Below are positions 11,801 to 18,517 of a stretch of 55,640 nucleotides of DNA, piece by piece. The position numbers were made by a program, and so were the translations under genes. This DNA is from a virus (lineage: Duplodnaviria; Caudoviricetes), in IMG/VR virus record IMGVR_UViG_3300026518_000670, positions 1 through 55,640 of that record; one strand, written 5' to 3'. The notes beneath the pieces were generated by a model, which did no database searches, was not told the origin of the DNA, and saw only the letters and a program-made list of their open reading frames with translations. Position 1 is the stretch's first letter. The number at the start of each line of letters is the position of its first letter.

Positions 11801-14800
11801 GGCCGTCAGCGTCTTTCGCCGCAAAATGGCGGGCGCCGGACACGGCGAAGTCCGTGCACGGGCATGCCGCAAGAATGGCGTGCACGTCAAGGCCGTCGAA
11901 GCTTCCGAACAGTTCGTTGAAAAAATCCACGCTGAAGTTATGGATGTCCCCGACCTTGCGTTCCTTGCCGTTCGCATCCGTGAAAGTGCCGGTGTCCTGG
12001 ATGTCGAAGCGATAGACCTGGTAGCCGGCTTCCTCCCACGGCTTTGACCACTGACCTGTCAGGTCAAACAGCGACAGCACGATCTTCTGGCTGTTTTCGT
12101 TGCGTATTTCCGTGTCCGCGCCTTGCGCGGCGGCGTGCGCTCGCCACTTGGCGATCTTCTGCTTGGCTTCCTTGACCGACATCCAGCCGTGCTCGTCCGT
12201 GTAGACCTTGGCCTTTTTGTCGAGGCGTTCAATCTCGGATTTTGCCGGCGGCTTGAAGATGTTCGTTACCGCCTGGCCGTCCTCCATCATGCTCTTCTGA
12301 GCCTGATTGAACTCCTGAACGATCTGGCCCAGCTCGCGATCGTCGGCGCCGACATGGACATGCTCGGGGGCGGTGGCGTTGTCGAGCGACTTCTCGTATT
12401 TCTCTGACGGCCGCGAGTACATGATGCCATCGGGCGTTTCGGCGCGCGTCCATCCGTCTTGGGCCTGCCGGCGCTTGAGCGCGTACAGCAGGCGATTTGT
12501 ATCGCCCTTGCTATTGCCCTCTTTCCAACCCTTCTTGAGCATGACAGAACGGACGAAATCGCCCGAATTCTCGCCTTCTCTTGGCAAGATCAACAGCTCG
12601 GCCTGACCGCTTGTTTCGATCATGCGCCGTGCGGTGGGCATGGAAAGGTTAAGCCGCGCATCAAATCCGGCCGGATCCAGGTGCAGCATCACACCACGGT
12701 TCTGTCCCTGGCCAAGAGCCAGATCCCGCGTGCTGGCGGCAAACTTCTCGTTTAGCCCGGGGCCGGAGCTCCTGCGCATGCCTTCCATAAGCTCCACGGC
12801 GCCATGCGCGTTCGTTTCCCGGTACAGGTCCGTGGTGACCTTGTCCGCCGGACGCATGGGGTTGTACTTGGGTATCTCGTGCCGTTCGAGCTCGGTTTGT
12901 GCCGAAGGGTCGGCCGCGCTCGCATCCGGCGCGCGCTCGCTGACCGGATTCGATGTGTCGCCGTTGTGCAACCAGTCCTTGAATTCGGCCATGGACATGT
13001 CGTTCACGGGTCCGACCTTCCAGCCCTTGTCGAAGTTGGACAGGTACGCAGCTATGGCCTGTTTCTCGCTGTCAAAGCCGATCATGGCTTTGTGCTCGTC
13101 GAACTTGCCAGTCTTCTGGTCGATCTGATCGACCACATAGACGCGATCGCTGTCCGGGTTCGGGCCCACGTAGACGTCGACCTGTTCGTTGTCGGCTCCC
13201 ACGGTGCGTTTCACGTATCCGTAGTGATCGCTCATCGTGTTCGACCAGGCCTTGCCGTCCTCACTCACACCGCTGCGCGTGGATCCGCGCGGGTTCTCGA
13301 TGCTGATGTCCAGACCCTGCACCGAGACGTGGCCTTTCTTGTAGTTGCCCGCATCCTTCTGGGCATCCGTGGGCTCCGGCGCTTCGTTATTCGGCGATGA
13401 GGCTGCTTCTTTGGCTGCCGATTCGACCTTCGCGGCCGTGTCAGCTGGCTTGGCATTCTCCTTGGCCGGTGCCTTGATCTCGGTTTCCGGCACAGCTTTC
13501 AGGCCCTGTTCGATATCGTCCGGGTGCTGCTGCATCAGGACGGATTGCGGATCCCTGAGCTGCGCCGGTTTTGTCTCACCGATCGCTTTCAGCGCTATGC
13601 GTGCCTGCTCATCGCTGAGCGCCTGCACCTTCGGACGCAGCGCCTCAGCGCGCGCGCTGAGCTCTTGGCTGGCCTGGGACGGGTTTTTCTGTTGTTCCTG
13701 GTATCTGGCATGCGCAGCCTGCGCTTTAGGGGAAGGCTGGGCCGGATTGAGCGCCTTCTCAATAGCTGCATGGTCCTTGGCATCGAAGCGCAGGCCTCCG
13801 GCCTTGAGCGCGCGGCCCTTCTTCTTGAATCCCGCCTTGCTGAGCGCGGCACGAATCGCCGCCGGGTCGCCGTGCACGACCAGCCCCTTTGGTCCCTTCT
13901 GCGTGATCTTGAACGACTGGCCGGCGGACTGAGGCGCGGCATTCTCGGACGACTGCGTCTTGGCTTCCTCGGGCGCCGGCGCCGGTGTCGGCGTTTTCTC
14001 CGGAATCGGGGGCTTGGCTACTTCCCGGGCTTTCTCGCCGCCGGCAGAACCAGCTTGGGTTCCTGCACGTCGAGCTTGTTCCCCGCCGACACCACGGCCT
14101 GCATCATGGCCCTGTCGAGCTCGGGGCTCGCTTGGTTTGCCTGCCGCGTTGAAGAGGGTTCCTGCCTGCTTCGGGGCGCTTTCTTCGCTCCCATACCGTT
14201 TCTCCTGGTCCCTGCGGACCATGTCGATGACATCGGCGGCCGCGAGCTTCGGTGCACCGAACATATCATCATTGCTGGCGTGCTGCTGGTGGCGTTGCAC
14301 AATCTCTCCGGCATACCGCAAGCCTTCGGCCATGCGCTTGGCCGATCGCGCGTTCGCCGCGAAGAACTCGGCCCAGGCATCGCCTGACGTGTCGCGCCCG
14401 ACAAGATCGCCCTGCGCGAGCAGCTTCCCGACCTTCTGGCCATTGTTGTGGGCCTGATGGATGACGTTCATCGCCGCAGCGAAGCGCTGCGCGTAATCGC
14501 CCATCGGCCCCTTCGGGTCGATTTTCGCCCACGTCGGCGCGGCGATGACCAGTGCGTTGAGTGCGTTCCTGGCATCGGGGTTCGTTTCCTCGGCCTGCGC
14601 GGCGATCAGCTTCGGATCCCCGTACGCCTTGGCGAAGATCGCGGCGCGGAGCCGGTCGAAGTACGCCTTGTTGGCCGCGCCGTCGGCCGTGACCAGTTGT
14701 CCGCGCTCGGCCGGGCCAAGCGCGTTCAGGAACTTGCGGTGGAAGGTGGCGCTCATGTTGGTGGAGATTCCACCATCGGCTGTCAGCGGCAGGTCGGCCA

Positions 14801-17126
14801 GGTCTGGGAGCGCGCGCGCATCGGTCTGCGCTTGTTCGGTAGGGGAAAGTCCCAGGCTCGTCGAGGCATTCGATGCCGCACCCATGTCGCCCTGGTTGTG
14901 CTTGGCGTCGTACAGACGCACGACCATCGGCCGTTCCTTGGACTGGATCGCGGACGGCGAAATGCCAAGCATTTGCGTATCGTCGATCAGGCCCTGCTTG
15001 TAGTCCTTGCCGTTTCCGCGCTTCCACGCGGCCTGGATGCCTGCGGTGCGGCCGTTGTTCAGGGCCTGCAGTGGAGCATTGGCGTAATCGCTGTTGACGG
15101 TGCCATCTGCGTGATGGGATGCGGCCACAGTGTTGGCGTCGACGACCGCGTACTGCACCGGAATGGATCGGCCATCAGCCAGCCTCACCTGGTCGGTCTT
15201 GCCTCTGTCCTCGGCCGGCACGGCCTCGTCAGGCGTCTTCGACGCTACCATCGGCGCGCCCGAGTTGGCGTCGCGCGAGAACGACAGACGCGTCGGGTCC
15301 GGGTTCTTGGCGATTTCCTGCATCTGGACGACGCTGGCTGCCCTCGATCGGTCACGGTTCTGCAGCGTGGCTCCCTCCGGCGCCGCGCTCTGTTCTGTGC
15401 CTGCGGCTACCGCCTGTGACTGCTCGGCCTTGGTGGCCGCCGTGGCGGTATCGGGCGAGGACTGCAAATCTGCCTGCATCTCGTCGAAGTTCCGTGTCGC
15501 CGGCTCAAGCGGACGGTTTGCTTGCAAGGCCTCCCCCATCATGCGACTTGCCGGGCGACGGGCTTTCTTGATTTCGGATTCGGATACGCCCCATGCCTTG
15601 GCCAGCTCGGGCACGTTGATGCGGGTGGACCGATGCGCGCGCCACTGCGCATCGATTTGGTGGGCCAGCTGCCGCACCAGCTGGCCTGGATGCGGAGCAT
15701 GGGCTTCTCCGGTGTCTTGATCGATCCATGCGGCCGGTAGCGGCTCTACCAGGGCCGGCTTCTCAGCTTTGACTGAATTTGCTGCGGGGCGGGTTGTTTC
15801 GCCAGCCTGATTGTCTGGGCCGGCCACCGTGCCCGTCACCTTTGCACCCTCAGCTGCTGTCTTTGAGGCTGCTTCGGCCAGTGGATCGATTTGATTGGCC
15901 ACATCGCTGATACTGCCCGGTGCGGCGCCAGGGAAGCGTTCAACAACGGGTTCACCGGCATGATCTTGGGTGTGCGAAGTGCGATGCAAAACACCTGCCG
16001 GCGCATCGAAGACACCACCACCCAGCGCACCGGCTGCGCCACTTTCGAAGTAATCGCGCCAGGCATCCGGGCCCGTGGTTGGTGCACCGCCGCCCACACG
16101 CTCAAGGTACGACTGGGCCACCTCCGTACTGCCCTCACGCGCAGCGCCGCCAAGTGCCTCGCGCGCCACACGTCGCAAGACGCTGCCGCCCTTCGGGCTG
16201 GCATGCAGAAAGCGCCCGAGATTGATGGCTTCGGCAGCGGTATCAATGGAGCCCGCAACAATGCCAGCCCCGACTGCCTGCGCGGCCTGGCCGCGCGATA
16301 TGTCTTGCGGGTTCACACCCTGATCGAGACGATTTTCCACCGCCTGACCCGTTTCCAGCGCTGAATTGAGTCCGGTAGCGCCAAGCACACCGCCCAGCTT
16401 TCGAGCCTCGGCGGTTCCGGCATCGCGGATGAGCTTTGCGGCTCCTGCCTCTGCCACATCCTTGCTGACACCCTTGGCCAGTTGATTCTCGACATAGCGT
16501 TCGGCAAGTTGCCTGGCCTCATGCAAAAGAGCCTTTTTCCCGACCAGACCCGCAGCTCCGCCAGTGATGGCGCCGGCGACATTCCCCGCCCCTGGCACAC
16601 CCGACCCAACTGTGCCTCCGATGGCTGCTCCTCCAAGCGCCGTAATAGCTGACTGTAGGGCCTGACCGGAAAGGTTGCCAAGCGTCGATCCGGCCCAGTC
16701 ACCGAATTTTGCTTTGCCCTTGAACACATCTTCCAGGCTGGGGCCAGCCAATGGCTCGCCTTGCTTTTTCCCGTACCGGTACAGACTCGCGCCGTAGCGG
16801 GTGAGCTTGGGGCTATCAATCAGCTGGCCGGCCGCGATACCGGCCGCACCCAGCAATTCCTGGTCCTGTGGAATGGTTTGCTGCAACCCGCGCTTGAAGG
16901 ATGTCCCGAACCCACTCGAGCGCGACTCATCGACCGATGGTGATGCAGGCGAGCCCGACTCCAGCATCGTGAAACCTTGAGGTGGCGTAGGACGCTTGAG
17001 CGTAGGTGGCGACGATGCAGAAGGCTTCGAAGTGCGGGCGCTGGTATCAGTGTTGTCTTGCTGTACGGGATCGAGGACACGAAACCCGGATGGCGGAGCA
17101 AGGAGGTCAGTCACAGCGGTATCCAT
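2832..17126 (-). CDS. Giant polyvalent internal virion/DNA-ejection protein (PLxRFG-type C-terminus), 4764 aa
   Basis: Motifs N to C: Gly/Ala hydrophobic helices; DdrB-like ParB (LQNRDRSR, YAVVD..., NNGRT); inorganic pyrophosphatase (GNYKKGH, HYGY, DVYVG, FDEHK); C5-DNA MTase-like (LSLFDLTG, CPCTDF, IENP); LPD5/LPD1-like (KIEDFG, GVQFGNY, AHEWWH); two HEAxGHYG zincin domains; JAB/RadC (HNHPSG...D); ADP-ribosyltransferase (VYHGT, GYDGI); PRTase (VLVDDVTTMGGT); YFPLDRNG. Confidence 0.9.
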   Translation of the reverse strand: MDTAVTDLLAPPSGFRVLDPVQQDNTDTSARTSKPSASSPPTLKRPTPPQGFTMLESGSPASPSVDESRSSGFGTSFKRGLQQTIPQDQELLGAAGIAAGQLIDSPKLTRYGASLYRYGKKQGEPLAGPSLEDVFKGKAKFGDWAGSTLGNLSGQALQSAITALGGAAIGGTVGSGVPGAGNVAGAITGGAAGLVGKKALLHEARQLAERYVENQLAKGVSKDVAEAGAAKLIRDAGTAEARKLGGVLGATGLNSALETGQAVENRLDQGVNPQDISRGQAAQAVGAGIVAGSIDTAAEAINLGRFLHASPKGGSVLRRVAREALGGAAREGSTEVAQSYLERVGGGAPTTGPDAWRDYFESGAAGALGGGVFDAPAGVLHRTSHTQDHAGEPVVERFPGAAPGSISDVANQIDPLAEAASKTAAEGAKVTGTVAGPDNQAGETTRPAANSVKAEKPALVEPLPAAWIDQDTGEAHAPHPGQLVRQLAHQIDAQWRAHRSTRINVPELAKAWGVSESEIKKARRPASRMMGEALQANRPLEPATRNFDEMQADLQSSPDTATAATKAEQSQAVAAGTEQSAAPEGATLQNRDRSRAASVVQMQEIAKNPDPTRLSFSRDANSGAPMVASKTPDEAVPAEDRGKTDQVRLADGRSIPVQYAVVDANTVAASHHADGTVNSDYANAPLQALNNGRTAGIQAAWKRGNGKDYKQGLIDDTQMLGISPSAIQSKERPMVVRLYDAKHNQGDMGAASNASTSLGLSPTEQAQTDARALPDLADLPLTADGGISTNMSATFHRKFLNALGPAERGQLVTADGAANKAYFDRLRAAIFAKAYGDPKLIAAQAEETNPDARNALNALVIAAPTWAKIDPKGPMGDYAQRFAAAMNVIHQAHNNGQKVGKLLAQGDLVGRDTSGDAWAEFFAANARSAKRMAEGLRYAGEIVQRHQQHASNDDMFGAPKLAAADVIDMVRRDQEKRYGSEESAPKQAGTLFNAAGKPSEPRARQGHDAGRGVGGEQARRAGTQAGSAGGEKAREVAKPPIPEKTPTPAPAPEEAKTQSSENAAPQSAGQSFKITQKGPKGLVVHGDPAAIRAALSKAGFKKKGRALKAGGLRFDAKDHAAIEKALNPAQPSPKAQAAHARYQEQQKNPSQASQELSARAEALRPKVQALSDEQARIALKAIGETKPAQLRDPQSVLMQQHPDDIEQGLKAVPETEIKAPAKENAKPADTAAKVESAAKEAASSPNNEAPEPTDAQKDAGNYKKGHVSVQGLDISIENPRGSTRSGVSEDGKAWSNTMSDHYGYVKRTVGADNEQVDVYVGPNPDSDRVYVVDQIDQKTGKFDEHKAMIGFDSEKQAIAAYLSNFDKGWKVGPVNDMSMAEFKDWLHNGDTSNPVSERAPDASAADPSAQTELERHEIPKYNPMRPADKVTTDLYRETNAHGAVELMEGMRRSSGPGLNEKFAASTRDLALGQGQNRGVMLHLDPAGFDARLNLSMPTARRMIETSGQAELLILPREGENSGDFVRSVMLKKGWKEGNSKGDTNRLLYALKRRQAQDGWTRAETPDGIMYSRPSEKYEKSLDNATAPEHVHVGADDRELGQIVQEFNQAQKSMMEDGQAVTNIFKPPAKSEIERLDKKAKVYTDEHGWMSVKEAKQKIAKWRAHAAAQGADTEIRNENSQKIVLSLFDLTGQWSKPWEEAGYQVYRFDIQDTGTFTDANGKERKVGDIHNFSVDFFNELFGSFDGLDVHAILAACPCTDFAVSGARHFAAKDADGRTVSSVKLVHQTLRTIEYFKPAVWAIENPVGRIEKLGGLPPWRLSFNPNDLGDPYTKKTLLWGRFNADLPIAPVEPTEGSKMHQKYGGKSQATKNARSVTPEGFAYSFFMANNAHDNMAMTLANKYDRLDSSLIERAVDAGVSAQQIAAAVDDLYYMHMDDKAANKAINALIPAGNNKAAPQQTVKDPGTDKTATEKGEKIEDFGQTLHGARKHYGTEYVDALKRAGEADIAETPLSESWPAPKYEKLLENGVDPEVVSFVHAIRDEIPRKPRGWKLRGWVDSVKLLRGFAQDLLSGDVSWERVREEMSKPEREVLNRGIRGRMELYQEIGHDISLQGVTFQQNHYALFRGEENVSKWSIEKKGRSNVFGNWPNQMAVGNTREEALAEFKKKLPELKQKKQKAKRQPPLIIYARPGKLGYFIGLKIPRDAIDMEHFDDADKSVALKKARAYLNENREALIERVAKMREKPAVRRAENETRIGIDHRDGADVTPQQFSDTFGFRGVQFGNYVEYARRQQDLNNAYDALMDMAGVLEIPPAALSLNGELGLAFGARGKGGKNPAAAHFESRAVVINLTKHGGPGSLAHEWWHALDNHFQKRRTDRRSPDGFMTESGRQSVPGVRDELTRAFVRIKNTIAESDVRRRSERLDKIKSKKYWSTGREMSARAFESYVIGKLKDQNAANDYLANVVSGEAFDRNGDYPYPTADEIPAIRAAYDEFFNTIDSEKTPEGNVKLFSLSRDNLSGVDAEARNARAAHARKVQDVVAQQTRAWGNQQPKVHVVDDGEALPGSAKTDPRYKGAKGFYDGRTLYLVASNLFDKADVQRTLAHEAVGHYGVDRIIDDELGAGAWDRVATSVQGMRDRVLQKQEQNAAAGKDINRGLSRIESVIAEVQRRYGSSTGSSEFAAETLAVLAEWGVRNAWLDRAISAIHKFIRKIMPSWKVGRAELEQLLVRSNQYLRARDSYHTRVSRIQAMTFSRDVRASGFPDATTTLPAGGASYGKLSKVRQSGVSESTAPSGRRAGSPVPGQLDLFAQSGNPESEAATRRGALELTQHVKQVATGQFRSGIKRITRWEDAAHIIAPLRKSPQEQFLAVVADADGRPLAVLRHTIGIADGATVNPGLVFGSVAEIPGATDVWFAHNHPSGNVDQSRADKNITDTLIDLMKGSGITAHGMITVAPGETDASFYQEGGAVGGFRSKITTAARTGTVPRLERRYRRITKQFGAFKITSPEDAPQIARKFKEPGVILLNNRHNVIGFMPVSMSEMAKLRTGRTDSGSARIASILTQANASAGIIMADKLEPAQNLGRLINDMGIRALDVFTPEDGKTTSTTKFFNSAAARGQQTMAGHFYSFQEPSEAQQVGVATAPVGSDTYKRAQAAVDKVTEKWRGDMPKVHVLESARQLPADAKTDPRWRSAEGFYDGRTIYLVAPNLKSSERVHQVLAHEAIGHYGIDRIVDDALGAGAWDKIAQSIQDLREQGKGSKAMRDVLAEVSRRYGDVDPGTFAEETLAVMAEKGVRNGIMDRVVAAVHAFVRRFMPSLKLSEDELRQLLVRSERFLQTGDTIDSRPVAGGGAISFAQAEPTSSPAFRKFFDGSKVTTPDGQPKMVYHGTSEGFYTFDDASLGNNTGHMTAPLGHFFAEKRSSAQRYAETASQGVPADERVIDAYLSIKKPKSMTLDELMAIDSQKEARALRDKLQSQGYDGIHIPEARQWVAFKANQIKSATENRGTFDSNNPDIRFSLPDQTRSKGIPDEASDPIALWRNMQPLKRNPHYAAAKAGDMQAAVDLVTEVAAPLAKQAEKFGSDAIFVAPHAEEATGKNAIPRTLAAYLAEHTGGTDDTEIVQTNRTLHTGANAMERMIARSTFSGPVKEGGRYVLVDDVTTMGGTLADLASYIQANGGEVVGTAVLTNASRSGTLRADAKLKQQIEGRYGDEIRNQFHVDPAALTADEARYLIGFRSAGELRNRAAAAARSRSERIRAKGLRKEAPQDILSTTTETPPNGGVSGSGRRNFSLPDASVNTMSSVLETPDQSAWERAKGWLTGKWEDIKPATLGALQLRHVLELAEEHPALKGARQYADINQRMDADRNQLMTGSPDASEHPNSMLMKGVAPIADQWRGWAFHKGIKGMRGGLTEHAKRLNKLMHDATILGLDPSEEYTRLSMEDSRGELSEWTPEKIKDRIRALRGQMRGRPGDDKTLMMDEVKRLRAIPAREKLREKRWPTLVARWNALPESARETYRQVRNWYREHADATERALLERIDAMDVPETYRRSMKDRIRFQFESNRREGVYFPLDRNGDYWLSATDSNNQYAFKMFESAAELKAAESKLRKAGFTIEATGRRDSSARAKDAPSGTFVKDIIGMLQKARVSEKVQDDIYQMFLKSLPEMSMRKRSIHRRSVPGFSDDALRAFAKNGFHGAHQLARLRYSQQMSTVLEAMQISLDNYRRSSEFGESTKAEGLSAAKGDALLTELKRRHDWIMSPKDSQLANMATSIGFMYYLGASPASALVNLTQGAQVTLPVLAAKHGWGKASRELGRATAAALRTGGNIMRTLNEEEKRAYKVLERRGDIDRTNAHTLAGTAEGNVLTSNPGWAKVMNVMSWMFHKAEVVNREAAGVAAFRLARADGKSFDEAVRHASDTINGTHFDYSNANRPRFMQNGVSKVLLQFKNYSVGMTWLMYRNLYQAVRGQSPEVRRLARRTLTGMLGMTALLAGTVGLPLFNLMKMVANAAHAAAGDDDEPWDFETEFRQWLAEHFGQTGADVIADGAVDRLGLHISSRVSLSNLWFRDADRQLEGKDAYYNMLESIAGPMGGMVKNWFIGQQYITQGHIWRGVERMIPTAAKSGMKALRYAAHGVNTLRGDPILEDPSAENALVQALGFTPTNLADQYRINSALYNYSDQIKNRRTSLMNAFAMAVHEHDDQARQVALKKIRSFNAKNPAIAITTKTLVQSLRQRARLSAQAEHGVVLSQRVRQMAQREAGISVVH
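5785..5804 (-). other. Intragenic GC-rich hairpin, terminator-like on the coding strand
   Basis: ACCCCGCC-GAAT-GGCGGGGT followed by TTCT on the minus strand. Encodes TPPNGGV in an interdomain linker. Confidence 0.4.
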
Positions 17127-18505
17127 TGTCCATTGACGTTGACGATTCGATGCCCCTGCTTGTCGGCGGCCACGGGCAGGCCCATCAGCTGTGCCGACTG
17201 CAGCCTGGCATCGGCAATCGCCATCGGTTTTCCAGACAGCGCTGCATTCTTCACGGCATCATTGGCATACTTGGTGATATTGTCGAGAACCGTCTGCGCT
17301 CGCTTTTGCCCCGGCGAGTCCTTGGTGATCCGCAAGCGTACCGGCTTACCATCAGCGCCCAGCGCACGGCGTACGGTGCCATTGGGACCAATCAGGCCCA
17401 GAGAGCCATCATCGAGTGTGACTTCCTTGGGTTGGCGTGACAGCAGTGCGCGGCTTTGATTGCCTTCGGCGCGCACCATTTCACGCTGCAGGGCACTCTC
17501 ATCCGAAGCACTCTGGCGCGCACTGGCAGACGTATCGGCAGCATGTTGACGGGCCGATGCAGCCTGGTTTCGTGCGAGCTGCGCCAGCCCTTTTTCAGCC
17601 GACCGGCGCTGGCGTACGGTTCCTGCGTCCATTTCCACGCCAAGGTTGTGCGCTGCCGTTCCCAGTGGAGATCTCCAATCCTGGTTGGCTATCGACACGG
17701 CATCGGACTGATCCAGCTTGCGTTGCCAGGCCGGGCTGGTGTTGTCGAACATCGGTCCCTGTCTTGCGCGAAGGATGCGATCGGCCATGTCGCTGCTTGA
17801 CTGCGTGCCTCCATATACGTCGCTGGCCAGCGGCCGCATCAGGTTGGAAGCCGGAGCCACATTCAACTGCTTCGCGGCATCGGCAATGTCTTGCTGTGTA
17901 AGGGTGCGCTTGATGCCGGCACTTCCATCGCTGAACACAGCCACCGGTGTACCGTCGGCATTGGTTTGCTGCACGGGTGCAAGGTTTCGGTGCAGATATG
18001 TATCGGTTTGTTTGCTGATATCACCGGCCAATTTTTGGTACGCCGGGCTGCCGACTACCTTGGATGGGTCGACCGTTTGGGGTGGGGATGCATTCGTATC
18101 CTGACCCGGGTGCACCACCATGGCCGTCGGTGGCGGCGTGCCTGTGGCTTGTGGGGCCTGTTCTGGTTTGAGGACACCGGCATTTTCCAGATCAGACGTT
18201 GTGGGATTGAAGGTGGGAAACACGACACGCCCATTGACGTCGAGCGTGGGTTTGCCTTGTGCCCACCCCTGTACCCGGTGCGATAGGTTGAGAAAATCGC
18301 GCGCTCCCTGCATGGGTTCGCCATAACGTGCGCGGATGTTGGCCTTGACCGCGGCCATATCGTCCTTTGGCAGACCCACGGTACCCATGTTCGGGTCGGT
18401 GTTGACTTGCCGTGGCGCGGGCGCCGGTGCAGGACGGGTCAGCTTGGATGCCTCGCGCATCTTTTTCGGATCGCTGCGCGTGTCATCGGGAAGTACCAGT
18501 GCCAT
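17111..18505 (-). CDS. Putative internal virion (ejection) protein
   Basis: 464-aa Ala/Gln/Pro-rich ORF overlapping the start of the giant gene. Position typical of podovirus ejection proteins. Confidence 0.55.
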   Translation of the reverse strand: MALVLPDDTRSDPKKMREASKLTRPAPAPAPRQVNTDPNMGTVGLPKDDMAAVKANIRARYGEPMQGARDFLNLSHRVQGWAQGKPTLDVNGRVVFPTFNPTTSDLENAGVLKPEQAPQATGTPPPTAMVVHPGQDTNASPPQTVDPSKVVGSPAYQKLAGDISKQTDTYLHRNLAPVQQTNADGTPVAVFSDGSAGIKRTLTQQDIADAAKQLNVAPASNLMRPLASDVYGGTQSSSDMADRILRARQGPMFDNTSPAWQRKLDQSDAVSIANQDWRSPLGTAAHNLGVEMDAGTVRQRRSAEKGLAQLARNQAASARQHAADTSASARQSASDESALQREMVRAEGNQSRALLSRQPKEVTLDDGSLGLIGPNGTVRRALGADGKPVRLRITKDSPGQKRAQTVLDNITKYANDAVKNAALSGKPMAIADARLQSAQLMGLPVAADKQGHRIVNVNGQWIPL

Positions 18506-18517
18506 CTGCGTTCTCCG

